Origin: a virus
Lineage: Duplodnaviria > Caudoviricetes
Reading direction: 5' to 3' (one strand)
IMG/VR virus record: IMGVR_UViG_3300014059_000970
Coordinates: 1-64,000 of that record
Length of the DNA stretch: 64,000 nt
The notes beneath the pieces were generated by a model that did no database searches, was not told where the DNA came from, and was given only the letters and a program-made list of their open reading frames with translations. The position numbers and the translations under genes are program-made. Below, in pieces: positions 1-9,887 of this stretch (its first letter is position 1; each line of letters opens with the position of its first letter).

Positions 1-2
1 CG

Positions 3-287
3 GATTTTAATATAACTATTTTGAATAAGTCGGGCCAGGCGGTTGATATTTCTTCTGTTTCTGGCCCGATTCTTTTTAAGTTTAAAAAACCAGACGGCAC
101 ACAAATTGAAAGGTCAGGTTCGTTAGCTAGTGACGGAACTGATGGAATAGTAACCTACAGAACAGTAAGCGGAGATATTGATTTGTACGGCAATTGGAGA
201 TTACAGGTATTTCTAGAAGCGTGTTCAAAAGAACTATATAGTAAGATTTTAAAATTTACTGTCTTTAATAATTTAGATTGCTCATAA
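3..287 (+). CDS. Small Ig-like (BppU N-terminal-like) structural protein, 5' truncated by window edge
   Basis: Frame is open upstream of the annotated TTG at 21 (DFNITIL...). FKKPDGT...DGTDG.v.Y.T..GD.D..G.W..Q motif is shared with 2951..3268. Confidence 0.6.
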   Translation, partial: DFNITILNKSGQAVDISSVSGPILFKFKKPDGTQIERSGSLASDGTDGIVTYRTVSGDIDLYGNWRLQVFLEACSKELYSKILKFTVFNNLDCS

Positions 288-302
288 AATGGAGGACAGT
301 AA

Positions 303-2942
303 ATGGCGTTTCCTACTGGTTGGTCTGGATATGAAGAAGTATATATTATAGACTTTCCATCTTCTGGAACCGGACAAATTTTTCATACACATACAAGTGG
401 CTTTTCTAGCTCTTGGAAATCTGTTGTAGCGTCTGATGGTAGAGATATTCGTGTTACAACAGCTAATGGAAATAGACTTCCAGTTGACGTTATATACATG
501 GACGCTGGTAATGGTTATTTAGAGTTTAATTTAACTGGACTATATCCGCGCGACCCAAGAGAGCGTATTAGATTTTGGGCAGGAAATACGGGAGCATCAT
601 TTGAACCAGCTACGGGAGCTTATGGACAATATGCGGTTTATCCAGACTATTTATACGGTTATTATCCTACTGGCGGCGGACTAGATAGAACTAGAAACCA
701 AAATCATTTAACTGGAACAAATACGCAGACAGGACAAAACTTTGCTGGATTACGAACCACTTTATATAATGGCTCGGCCTATAGTATGTGTAATGTCGGA
801 ATTACTGGTAATCCGCTTAGCCTGTCTTTATTTTATAATACTTCTGTTAATAGTGGTAATCAAACTTTAATTGGGCTATTTAATAGTAATAGTACCGGTA
901 GTTCAATGGAACTTCGATTAAGAGGTACTGACGATAGAACAACTATAACCGCCAGAGGACAGACAACGATAAATGTTCTTATTGGAGACAACTTTGAAAC
1001 TGGCGTTTGGGGCCAGATAGGCGGTTCTTTTGTCGCTGATAATAATAGGAATGTATACACAAACGGAATAAATCAGAACAGCACTTCTACGCGCATAATA
1101 CCTAGTGGACTTAATAGATTTGGTATTGGTGCGTTTTTGGGTTCTTCAATATCTGGATATTCTTCTGCCTCTGTGTGCTTAGCTGAAGTATACACTGGGG
1201 TTAAGAATGATACGCAATTTTTATATGACTATGTTAGTTCTACTGGTAATTTTTACAGCACTGGATGGAGGTCAGCTTTTAATCCAGTTGGATGGTCTGG
1301 ATACGACGAAGTAACTATTGTATATGAAGCTTCTGGTAATTTGTATGACCAAGTTTATTTATTGTCTACGGCACTTTTAAGCAACACATTATTAACAGTA
1401 GCAAATACTAGCGGTGCAGACCTTCGTATTACTAAAACTGATAACGCAACAGAACTTCCTATTGATGTTATAAATTTCAATAAAAGCCAAACTGGTATGA
1501 TTGCCTTTGCTTGGCCTGGGGTTAAAATTTCTGGACAACAAGACAAGATTAGGGTTTGGGCCGGAAATACTGGAATTAGTCAATATCCAGATACTGGTGT
1601 TTTTGGAAAGCATAGCGTTTATAATACTGGTATTTTGGGTTTTTATCCAGACGGCGGCGGTGACGATAGGACTAGAAATCAACTCAATATGAATAGGATT
1701 AACGTAAGTCCAGGTGGGTTGGCTGGTCCGCTTTCTGGTCTAAAGGCAACTAATTATAGTTCTATAGGAACAATGTCTGCTGTCGCATTTCCATCTGCAG
1801 AAATTAGATGGCCACTTAATATATGGTCAGTTTTTTGGACAAATATAACAAATCAAGACCAAATTGTTGCTGCGGCTGGCGTTTCTACTTCAAATAGTCG
1901 ATATAACAATGCTATTCGTTTAAATAGTTCTACTGGAGTTACTCATCATTTAGATGTTAATGCTGGTTCTTTAGAAGTTATTGCAAGGTCTGGATATAGT
2001 GCTTCTAATTGGTATTCTGCTGACGCTTATAATAATGAAGGAATTGTTAAAAGTATTTACTTTAATGGCAAACATCAAAATAGTGGTTCTGTAGGTATTA
2101 CTTTTGGTATTTCCAATATGTCTATTGGGGCATATTCTGGAGCAACAGTTCCTTCAACGGGACTTCCATTAAACGGGCGCGTTTCTTTGACTTCGTTTGA
2201 TATGTCTAAAAGATATGGATACGAGCCGATTTATAACCATGAAATGATTTTTAACCACAACAGCTTCTATAACGGAGCCGGATGGACGCCGTTTACTGGA
2301 TTTGGTGGGGGTGGTGGTTCTGAAGGAAGTCTAATTTCTATAGAGTCAATTGTTAACGCCTATACATATACCCAAGGAATGATTAATGTAAATCTTAACT
2401 TTGGTGGCAATATATATTCTAATACCTCATCTATTGGAGATATAAGGTCTATTGTTAGATTCGTTGGAAGTTCAAATTCGACAACAAACGAAGTTGGGAC
2501 ATTACAATCTAATTTTGGACTACAGCTTGATGGTATTGATGGCTCTGTAACAAGTTCCGCCGCAAACCTAAAGATGGGGGTTGGGTTTGCTGGACAGTCA
2601 AATAGCAGGACTTTTTCTAGTCTAGAATCTGCCGTTATAAGACTACTAGAAGCAGAAATTAACGCCAGAACATCTAGTCAGGGAGTTATTTTAAGAGGAA
2701 TAGACCTATCGGCTAATAGTGCAAATAATACCCAAATTGAAGCAAATGTTATCCTAAGCATTCCTTTGTCCTCATTGTCCGAGGTTTTAAGTTCTCTTAA
2801 CGGAACCCTGACCATTCCAATTACCGGCTGCACAATCGAAGATAATATAGTGGAGTTCGTGGTGTATTTAACTATGAATAGTGAAAATCCACTCTATATT
2901 TCAAGGAATAAAACTAACACTTTTGTTCACTTACAAGAATAA
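303..2942 (+). CDS. Virion structural protein with two tandem DUF2341-like + LamG/concanavalin-like repeats
   Basis: Internal duplication (AFPTGWSGYEEV / AFNPVGWSGYDEV; DGRDIRVT / SGADLRIT; IRFWAGNTG / IRVWAGNTG; DRTRNQ twice), GGGGGS linker, GGAGG RBS. Confidence 0.6.
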   Translation: MAFPTGWSGYEEVYIIDFPSSGTGQIFHTHTSGFSSSWKSVVASDGRDIRVTTANGNRLPVDVIYMDAGNGYLEFNLTGLYPRDPRERIRFWAGNTGASFEPATGAYGQYAVYPDYLYGYYPTGGGLDRTRNQNHLTGTNTQTGQNFAGLRTTLYNGSAYSMCNVGITGNPLSLSLFYNTSVNSGNQTLIGLFNSNSTGSSMELRLRGTDDRTTITARGQTTINVLIGDNFETGVWGQIGGSFVADNNRNVYTNGINQNSTSTRIIPSGLNRFGIGAFLGSSISGYSSASVCLAEVYTGVKNDTQFLYDYVSSTGNFYSTGWRSAFNPVGWSGYDEVTIVYEASGNLYDQVYLLSTALLSNTLLTVANTSGADLRITKTDNATELPIDVINFNKSQTGMIAFAWPGVKISGQQDKIRVWAGNTGISQYPDTGVFGKHSVYNTGILGFYPDGGGDDRTRNQLNMNRINVSPGGLAGPLSGLKATNYSSIGTMSAVAFPSAEIRWPLNIWSVFWTNITNQDQIVAAAGVSTSNSRYNNAIRLNSSTGVTHHLDVNAGSLEVIARSGYSASNWYSADAYNNEGIVKSIYFNGKHQNSGSVGITFGISNMSIGAYSGATVPSTGLPLNGRVSLTSFDMSKRYGYEPIYNHEMIFNHNSFYNGAGWTPFTGFGGGGGSEGSLISIESIVNAYTYTQGMINVNLNFGGNIYSNTSSIGDIRSIVRFVGSSNSTTNEVGTLQSNFGLQLDGIDGSVTSSAANLKMGVGFAGQSNSRTFSSLESAVIRLLEAEINARTSSQGVILRGIDLSANSANNTQIEANVILSIPLSSLSEVLSSLNGTLTIPITGCTIEDNIVEFVVYLTMNSENPLYISRNKTNTFVHLQE

Positions 2943-2950
2943 GGAAACCG

Positions 2951-3268
2951 ATGGCAATAGGCGAAATTCATGTTGGCGATATTGGTACTATATTTTTAGT
3001 TACCGTTAAAGATGAAAACGACACGGTCGTTGACCTTTCTACGTCTGTAGCTAAAAACCTAATATTTAAAAAGCCAGATGGTACGATTCTAACTAAAGCA
3101 GCGTCTTTTGTTACTGACGGCACAAACGGTGAGATTCAGTACATCACGGTTGATGGAGATTTGGACTCTCACGGCAAATGGGCCATACAGGCATTTATTG
3201 ATTATGGGTCAACGGAGTGGTATAGCGATATTGATAAATTTACAGTATATAACAATTTGGGGTGCTAA
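2951..3268 (+). CDS. Small Ig-like (BppU N-terminal-like) structural protein
   Basis: Paralog of ORF 3..287 (FKKPDGT, DGTNG, GDLD..GKW.IQ, KFTVYNNL). Confidence 0.6.
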   Translation: MAIGEIHVGDIGTIFLVTVKDENDTVVDLSTSVAKNLIFKKPDGTILTKAASFVTDGTNGEIQYITVDGDLDSHGKWAIQAFIDYGSTEWYSDIDKFTVYNNLGC

Positions 3269-3756
3269 ATATGTGTATTAACGAAAACATGACGCTTATA
3301 CTTCGCGCCCTCATTAATGATTTGGATAACGAGGATTATTCTGACGAAAGACTTGAGCAATTAATCTCCATTGCAGCCCGATTTGTTATTCAGGACACCG
3401 TTGCCGCATATACTGCCGACGTAATGAGCCCAGATATAACTCCAGACCCATACGCAAATAACGACGATATCTTTGTCAATTTAACTGTTGTAAGGGCGGC
3501 CTGCATGGTTGACCAAGGAAATTTAAGGGTAAGGGCCGCTATGGCTGGACTATCTGCGACCGCTGGCCCTGCCTCATTAAATGTAGGCGGTGGTAACTTT
3601 AGTGCATTTAAGGATTTAATTGCACTTGGACCATGTGCTATGTATAAAGAAATGCTTCAAGACTATATTTTGGGAAGTGGAGTTATTTGTCATGGTATAT
3701 TGAGTCCTTTCATTAGTAATACATTTGACCCTGATAATTATAGAGGAGACAGATAA
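3262..3756 (+). CDS. Putative head-tail adaptor/connector protein (start probably ATG 3271)
   Basis: LRALINDL...YSDERLEQLI pattern typical of head-tail connector proteins; structural context. Confidence 0.45.
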   Translation: MLNMCINENMTLILRALINDLDNEDYSDERLEQLISIAARFVIQDTVAAYTADVMSPDITPDPYANNDDIFVNLTVVRAACMVDQGNLRVRAAMAGLSATAGPASLNVGGGNFSAFKDLIALGPCAMYKEMLQDYILGSGVICHGILSPFISNTFDPDNYRGDR

Positions 3757-3812
3757 TGGCAAAACCAATTCTTGAATATGCACCAGTTCAATTAATTTTA
3801 AAGGAGAACTAA
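3756..3812 (+). CDS. 18-aa mini-ORF MAKPILEYAPVQLILKEN
   Basis: GAGGAG RBS upstream; ATG overlaps previous TAA and its own TAA overlaps the next ATG (TAATG at both ends). Confidence 0.4.
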   Translation: MAKPILEYAPVQLILKEN

Positions 3813-6268
3813 TGGGTCTACCATTTATATTTTATAACTATCCAACCGGAAACGACACAATTAATATAGGGATTTTAACAACAGTCGCACCTTTACTAGA
3901 ACCTGTTTCTGCTCAATTTATTTCTGATAATACGCTACTAGATTTTACTCCAACAAAAATTTCTGGGGACGGAGATATAACTTACGAATTAGGAGCCGTA
4001 GATGGATTACCTAGTAATATATTTGTAAATCAAAATAGTGGACGTGTTACTGGTATTTTAAATACTAGTTTAATGACAAAGAAAGTTTTCACTCTTACCG
4101 CTACTAATAATTTAGGTAGTGATAAAATTTGGATTCCTGTTAGTGTGCATACTAGCACAGGATATATTAATAATGCAAGCAGTTTCCCATATTATTGTAA
4201 TGTTGCAAATCGTAAATATATCGTAGAAGAAGATATTATTACTGATGGACCTGGATTAGTATTAACAAATAGTAATATATCAATTGACGGTAATGGTAAG
4301 TCTCTGATATATAATAATGCTAGTCAAGTTGTAATCCCTAATCATAGTTTTGAAATTATGTCTGGAGCGGACCCAACTAGAGCTAGTGGATGGAATTTTA
4401 GTTTAGCTACTGGCGCAGTAAGACATAATGAGCCTGCCATAGAAAATAAAGTTTTTGATGGCAGTTGGGGTGTTAAATTTCCAATTACAAATGGTCGTCA
4501 AACGGTTAGTGGCTTAAGTCAAATTACACTGGAGTCTGGTCAAACATATACTTTATCTGCTATGTTTTTCCATGGCGAAACAGGCAATTATGCTTATACA
4601 AGTCCTATTTATAGCTCAGGATTTGTTACTTTAGACAACGGTGTAAATAACCCAATTACTTTAACTGGAAACCCAGGAGCTAGAGGTATACAGCTAAGAG
4701 AAAGATATTTTGATACCAGTGGTCACTCAAATAACAACTATTATATTACATTTGGTGCTACAGGGTCAGCTAACATTTCTAATGAATTCTTGTATGTTGA
4801 CGATATTAAAATTAGAAAGACTCGTGAGTATGGTATAACGACTCAAATTTATAGTTGGGGAAATGATTTTGACGCCAATAGATATCCAACAACTCATTAT
4901 GACTTCGCTTCTGGTGGAAGTGGTCCGCTTGCAACTATTAGTAATTTGAATATTATTCAGGGTCAAAATCATGGTTCTTGGTGTCATGGAGTATTTATCC
5001 ACACGCTATCTGGGATTTCAATGGATAACTGCACAATAAAAGTAACTGGACAAAACACTTCTTGTATAAATGGAGATGATTTAGGTTCAAAATATAATTA
5101 TGTAATTGATAATTATTTACAATCAGATATTCCTTCATTAAGTAGTCGCGATAATAAAAATGGAGCTGTAATATTTGCTATCCAAGGAATTGTTGCTAAT
5201 AATACACTTAGAAATGGTCCAGCGGTTGGAATTTGTATTCAAGACACAAAACCACTAGTTAGTATAGTAAGACGAAATGATATAACGCTAAAAACTAGGT
5301 ACACTAACTCTTACGGTATTCTTTATGGTAGTAGCAGTGGAGAAGTAAGTTATAATACTGTTGTGGCTACGGGTGACGACGATTGCTGTTTAGGTATTAT
5401 GCTTCAAGGAACAACTAGTGGCGCAACGGCAAAATATAATCATGTCGATGTAAAACTTATTCCTCGTATATCAGAATATGGCGGCGACCAAGCTAATGGG
5501 GTTTATGGTCTTCAACTTGAGACGGCGGATGAATGTGTTGTTCATAATAACTATGTAAGAGTTACAGCAACTACAGGTAGTCAAGCGCACGCATTCCGTG
5601 TTGGTGGTGGAACTGCGACATTAAGACATCTAGTATATGATAATGAATTCGTAGCACATAGAGAAAGCGGTTCAACAAAAGCGTGTTCTTCACAGGCTCA
5701 TAGAACTTTAGACGATACTTCAATTATAAGTGGAAATATTTTTAGAAGCGATAACCAATTTTTCTCTGATTTGGGAGACTGTAATGGTATTTTGACAGAT
5801 TGTAGTTGGGAAGTAACAGATACTGGTCAGCCGTTTCGAGTTATGAATCTATATTTTAACGACACGTCAACTGGCTTAAGAATTGTAAATCCTATTTTCC
5901 TTAACGAAGCTGCTAGACTAGCGTTTTCCACCGGAAATGTATTAGGGGCAGCCTACCAGACCGGAGATGCGCTTACTGCGGTTTCAGATTATAGTATTTT
6001 ATGGAATACTACAATTAGTGTATTAAATAACAGTAATCCAGTTTCTGGAGCAACCATTATTACAAACGACACCCTAGGTTCTGGTAGCCATACTGGTGTG
6101 TCCGATATAAATGGTCAATATATTTTTACTTTATCAGAATATAAAGTTCGAGGAAATATAAAAAGCGTTTTCTCTCCATACAATGTAAGTGTTTCGTCTG
6201 GTTTATTAACTGGGAGTGGGTCTTTTAGTGTTACGGGATTACAAACAATTAATATAGGTATTACATAA
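3812..6268 (+). CDS. Tailspike/adhesin-like protein: Ig-like domain, CBM-like domain, parallel beta-helix
   Basis: GLPSNIFVNQNSGRVTG...FTLTATNNLGS Ig-like repeat; IPNHSFE...W...YVDDIKI CBM-like segment; periodic xxNxI repeats (VANNTL, VRRNDI, VSYNTV, AKYNHV, VHNNYV). Confidence 0.55.
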   Translation: MGLPFIFYNYPTGNDTINIGILTTVAPLLEPVSAQFISDNTLLDFTPTKISGDGDITYELGAVDGLPSNIFVNQNSGRVTGILNTSLMTKKVFTLTATNNLGSDKIWIPVSVHTSTGYINNASSFPYYCNVANRKYIVEEDIITDGPGLVLTNSNISIDGNGKSLIYNNASQVVIPNHSFEIMSGADPTRASGWNFSLATGAVRHNEPAIENKVFDGSWGVKFPITNGRQTVSGLSQITLESGQTYTLSAMFFHGETGNYAYTSPIYSSGFVTLDNGVNNPITLTGNPGARGIQLRERYFDTSGHSNNNYYITFGATGSANISNEFLYVDDIKIRKTREYGITTQIYSWGNDFDANRYPTTHYDFASGGSGPLATISNLNIIQGQNHGSWCHGVFIHTLSGISMDNCTIKVTGQNTSCINGDDLGSKYNYVIDNYLQSDIPSLSSRDNKNGAVIFAIQGIVANNTLRNGPAVGICIQDTKPLVSIVRRNDITLKTRYTNSYGILYGSSSGEVSYNTVVATGDDDCCLGIMLQGTTSGATAKYNHVDVKLIPRISEYGGDQANGVYGLQLETADECVVHNNYVRVTATTGSQAHAFRVGGGTATLRHLVYDNEFVAHRESGSTKACSSQAHRTLDDTSIISGNIFRSDNQFFSDLGDCNGILTDCSWEVTDTGQPFRVMNLYFNDTSTGLRIVNPIFLNEAARLAFSTGNVLGAAYQTGDALTAVSDYSILWNTTISVLNNSNPVSGATIITNDTLGSGSHTGVSDINGQYIFTLSEYKVRGNIKSVFSPYNVSVSSGLLTGSGSFSVTGLQTINIGIT

Positions 6269-6996
6269 TGAGTAGCTGGAACTGGAATTTACAAGATTTT
6301 ACAAATACTACTAGTGTTCTTGGCACAATTAGTGGTAATATAGTTGGTGGCGGAACTGCGACTAGCGGCATTAGCACAGGTGGTCCTGGTGGAAGTTTTT
6401 CTAAATCTTTTAATTTAAATGGTAGCACTCGGGTAGAAATAACCCCAGATAGTGGATTAAATGCAATTAGTGGACAACTAGGTGTTTCATGGTGGATGTA
6501 TGGAATTGATTATACTACTACATTAGCAGAACAGTTTGCTGGAGTTGTATGTAAAGACGGGGCTGGTCCTGGTGATGAATGGGGAATAACTATTAATGGA
6601 GGGACTGGATTACGTTTAAGACAAAATAATGTTAATAGGGCTTTTTCTGGACCAATTAGTACTGGGGCATGGCATCATTATGTGATGGATTATAATGGTA
6701 CAAGTATACAATTCTATGAAGATGGAGCTGTTTTAGGAGCCGCTACTGCTGTAAGTGGTATAGACTTATCTAATACACAATCACTTTATTTTGCTAGAGA
6801 TAATACTAATGGTAGAGGACTTATAGCCCGTATGGCTGGAGTCACTATTAGTGATACTTCTTTTGGAGCAACTGGAGTAGCCGCTTTATATTCTGAAGGA
6901 TTTGCGTCGTCTGGTGATTCGGTGGTGGTTTTTACTATAAACCCATTAGTCTCATCAATTTTAGGTATTAGATTAGACCCTCTAAGCAGTATTTAG
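6268..6996 (+). CDS. LamG/concanavalin A-like domain structural protein
   Basis: SFNLNGS, GAWHHYVMDYNGTSIQFYEDG motifs. Confidence 0.7.
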   Translation: MSSWNWNLQDFTNTTSVLGTISGNIVGGGTATSGISTGGPGGSFSKSFNLNGSTRVEITPDSGLNAISGQLGVSWWMYGIDYTTTLAEQFAGVVCKDGAGPGDEWGITINGGTGLRLRQNNVNRAFSGPISTGAWHHYVMDYNGTSIQFYEDGAVLGAATAVSGIDLSNTQSLYFARDNTNGRGLIARMAGVTISDTSFGATGVAALYSEGFASSGDSVVVFTINPLVSSILGIRLDPLSSI

Positions 6997-7004
6997 TGTA
7001 TAAT
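6996..7004 (+). promoter_or_regulatory. Conserved phage promoter-like motif GTGTATAAT
   Basis: Intergenic, 36 nt before ATG 7040; the same motif recurs at other gene starts. Confidence 0.55.
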
Positions 7005-7039
7005 TTAGTATATTTAACCTTTCAAATCGGAACTATATC

Positions 7040-7699
7040 ATGATAAACTGGAACGACTACCCAAATAATAACACAGCAATTCCTTTGCTTTTCAACACAG
7101 TTGGCACAGGCGGAACCGCACAAACCATTTCTAATGGAGGTGTTGGCATTTTTATCGACGCAAGTACCTCGTTTTTAACCACGGGTATTACTTTTACCGC
7201 TAATCATGGTTCTAGAACCGGTATACACTTAGTTAATATTCCAAGCGGTACTATTACAGGCACAAACGTAACATGTACAGTATTTTATACTTCCGGTACT
7301 ATTGACGGGGTTGATGTTACCAATCGTTTAGCTGCTGCGTTTTCAGTAGGTAGATATGGTCAGGCTCCTTCTGGATTCTCTGATATAAATATTTCTAATG
7401 GTGCTGTACTTGCTACACTATCTGGTGACCTTACTTCTACTATGAAAGCAAGTGTAAATACTGAGGTTCTGGATGTTTTAAATGTAGACACATTTGCTCA
7501 GTCTGGACAGGGTACTCCTCCAGCTACAATTTCATTTGGTGGAGCGATAAATTATCTATACAAGGCTTGGAGAAATAGAAAGAGCCAAACCAGTAGCGAA
7601 TATATTCTATATAATGATGACGCAGTAACCTCTGACCAAAAAGCCACAATTACAGGTACAACCACTGTTGTAGTTGGTGAAGTAACGTCTGGCCCATAA
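7040..7699 (+). CDS. Thr/Ser/Gly-rich putative structural protein
   Basis: Long ORF in virion module; composition. Confidence 0.45.
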   Translation: MINWNDYPNNNTAIPLLFNTVGTGGTAQTISNGGVGIFIDASTSFLTTGITFTANHGSRTGIHLVNIPSGTITGTNVTCTVFYTSGTIDGVDVTNRLAAAFSVGRYGQAPSGFSDINISNGAVLATLSGDLTSTMKASVNTEVLDVLNVDTFAQSGQGTPPATISFGGAINYLYKAWRNRKSQTSSEYILYNDDAVTSDQKATITGTTTVVVGEVTSGP

Positions 7700-7722
7700 A
7701 ATCCTTTAAGGAGAATAACTAA

Positions 7723-8517
7723 ATGCCTAGCGGGATACAAGGCCTTGGCTCAACAATATCAATTTTGTTTCCAGGTAGACAATGGTTAGTAGAACCTGGA
7801 ACTACAGGAACAGATTCACGATACTCATTAGTTGGTTTGTATAGTCAGGGAAATAGTAGTGGAAGTTCAGGTAGCGGAAGTGCAGTTTCTATGGACTCTT
7901 CCATTAATTCCTATACTACTAGCCAAGGCCAAATGAGATTGGCTTTAAGGTTCTCTGGCCTATCTAGCTCTATTGTTAATCTTTATGGTAACCTTGGAGT
8001 TCTTGGTACGGGCGGTCTTCTAGGAACCCTATTTAGCACCCAATCTATACAATATAACTATAGTCCTTATCTATATAGTAGAACTGGGGCTGAAAGTGGT
8101 CAACTTGGAAATATTTCAGTTCATGGTGGACTGAGGGTTCCATATATAAGAGACATTAATAAGAATACTTCGGTTTTCTCTAGAATGCAGTCTAGGTTAA
8201 GAAATGACGAGACATTAACTATTTCGGGAATTGTCTCAATAACTGGAAACTATAGATTCGTAATTAACGCCAAAAACGAGAATAATCAGGTAATCAATCT
8301 AACAACAACCTCTGGAACAACTGTAATATTTACTAGTCCAAGTAGCGAAGTTATTAGAAGGGGAGCGTCTTATGTAACAGACGGAACAGATGGAAGTGTG
8401 TATACTATTACTAGTGGTTCTCAATTTGCTGAGAATGGAACTTGGTGTTTACAGCTACAAACAACTGGAATGGGCTCTATATACACATCTAAAAAATACA
8501 GATTTCAAGTGGGGTAA
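7723..8517 (+). CDS. Structural protein with C-terminal BppU-like Ig domain
   Basis: C-terminal ASYVTDGTDGSVY...ENGTWCLQ resembles ORFs 3..287 and 2951..3268; AGGAG RBS. Confidence 0.5.
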   Translation: MPSGIQGLGSTISILFPGRQWLVEPGTTGTDSRYSLVGLYSQGNSSGSSGSGSAVSMDSSINSYTTSQGQMRLALRFSGLSSSIVNLYGNLGVLGTGGLLGTLFSTQSIQYNYSPYLYSRTGAESGQLGNISVHGGLRVPYIRDINKNTSVFSRMQSRLRNDETLTISGIVSITGNYRFVINAKNENNQVINLTTTSGTTVIFTSPSSEVIRRGASYVTDGTDGSVYTITSGSQFAENGTWCLQLQTTGMGSIYTSKKYRFQVG

Positions 8518-8519
8518 TA

Positions 8520-8738
8520 ATGGGTTATTTAACAAATGCTACTGGTGCCGTTGCCGGTAATCAAAAATTAGGGAATGTTACTGTCAATTTTGGAGTAAAA
8601 CCAACAACAGAAAATGTCGCATCTCCATCTACTGACGACGAAGGCTATGGTGCCTATGAGGGAGCAAAATTAATAGACCTTACAAGCATTAGTGGAAAAT
8701 ACGAAGATAGGTTTGACGACGTAACATATTATGGCTAA
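8520..8738 (+). CDS. Hypothetical protein
   Basis: Tightly packed ORF in operon. Confidence 0.5.
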   Translation: MGYLTNATGAVAGNQKLGNVTVNFGVKPTTENVASPSTDDEGYGAYEGAKLIDLTSISGKYEDRFDDVTYYG

Positions 8739-9252
8739 TCCTTTTACTGGTATTATAACACAGGGTTTTAAAGACCAACACAAAAATATGATAGACGCAT
8801 TATTGGAAGATGATGCGTTAACGATAGCCTGCACACTTATATACAGCGCCACAAAACAAACAGAATGCCCTAATTGTACAATTAATAATATATCGGGCAA
8901 GTCGTCTGGTAGATATAAAAGTGGCGGACCAATTCCTTTTACTAATGGCGAATGTCCATATTGTTATGGGGCTGGAAGAACAACGGCCGAATCAACAGAA
9001 ACCCTATATTTAATGCCAATTTGGGACAGTAAGAAATGGTTATTAGATGACCCGGCCATTAATATTGCTGACATATCAGTTCAAACCATGAGTAAGATTA
9101 CCACATATGATAAATTGGCTAGGTGTTCAAAGATTAAAATAGATACTGCCGTAGAAAGACTTGGCATACCAGAATTTACAAGACTCGGACTTCCACGACT
9201 AATTACATTTGGGGCCAGCAACCATATTATTACGTCTTGGAAACGAGCATGA
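8731..9252 (+). CDS. Putative head-closure/neck protein with zinc-binding motifs
   Basis: CPNC and CPYCYGAG motifs; position in neck gene block. Confidence 0.4.
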   Translation: MANPFTGIITQGFKDQHKNMIDALLEDDALTIACTLIYSATKQTECPNCTINNISGKSSGRYKSGGPIPFTNGECPYCYGAGRTTAESTETLYLMPIWDSKKWLLDDPAINIADISVQTMSKITTYDKLARCSKIKIDTAVERLGIPEFTRLGLPRLITFGASNHIITSWKRA

Positions 9253-9887
9253 ATGACGTTGAATTAACCGTAAACATATTAGAAAGCGACAAGAAAATCG
9301 CCGCCCTAATGATGGAAGATTTAATAAAGCAGTTGAATAGTGCTTTTAGAAAGAAGATTCCAGAAATAAAGCAAATTACTTCAGACCTTCTAAAACAATA
9401 TATCGAGGCCCATCCTACATATACTGCAATAACAAGCGGTTCGTTAAGATATGAACTGGGTTTGGTTGACCCATCAGCACGACTATTAAATATAATTGAC
9501 CAATTGACCAGAAGCATAAAGGTTAAGTTTGAGCCATTTGAGGCAGATGGAAAATCCTTTACCGGCGGAATTACTATTAATGCAGTTAAATCAGATTATT
9601 CAGATATCCTAAAATTACAGGACTCAATAGTAGTTACTAAAAAGGGTGTAAAACTAGAATGGTTGCGTTGGTTGTTATTAGAAGGAAGGGCAGTATTAAT
9701 AGAAGACTATCATGTTCAGTTTGGTAGGTTTGGTAGAGCCGGCGGTGCTATTATGGTCAAGGGCGGTCAGTGGCAAATACCGTCACAAAACGCCGGAAGG
9801 GCCACAGATAATTTTATAACAGACGCAATTAGAGATATGAAAGGTCCACTTAAGGAAAAACTTGAAGAATGTATAGCATCAATTTAG
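9249..9887 (+). CDS. Putative neck/tail-completion protein
   Basis: ATG 9249 overlaps upstream TGA (ATGA); position between head-closure-like and terminator-like genes. Confidence 0.4.
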   Translation: MNDVELTVNILESDKKIAALMMEDLIKQLNSAFRKKIPEIKQITSDLLKQYIEAHPTYTAITSGSLRYELGLVDPSARLLNIIDQLTRSIKVKFEPFEADGKSFTGGITINAVKSDYSDILKLQDSIVVTKKGVKLEWLRWLLLEGRAVLIEDYHVQFGRFGRAGGAIMVKGGQWQIPSQNAGRATDNFITDAIRDMKGPLKEKLEECIASI

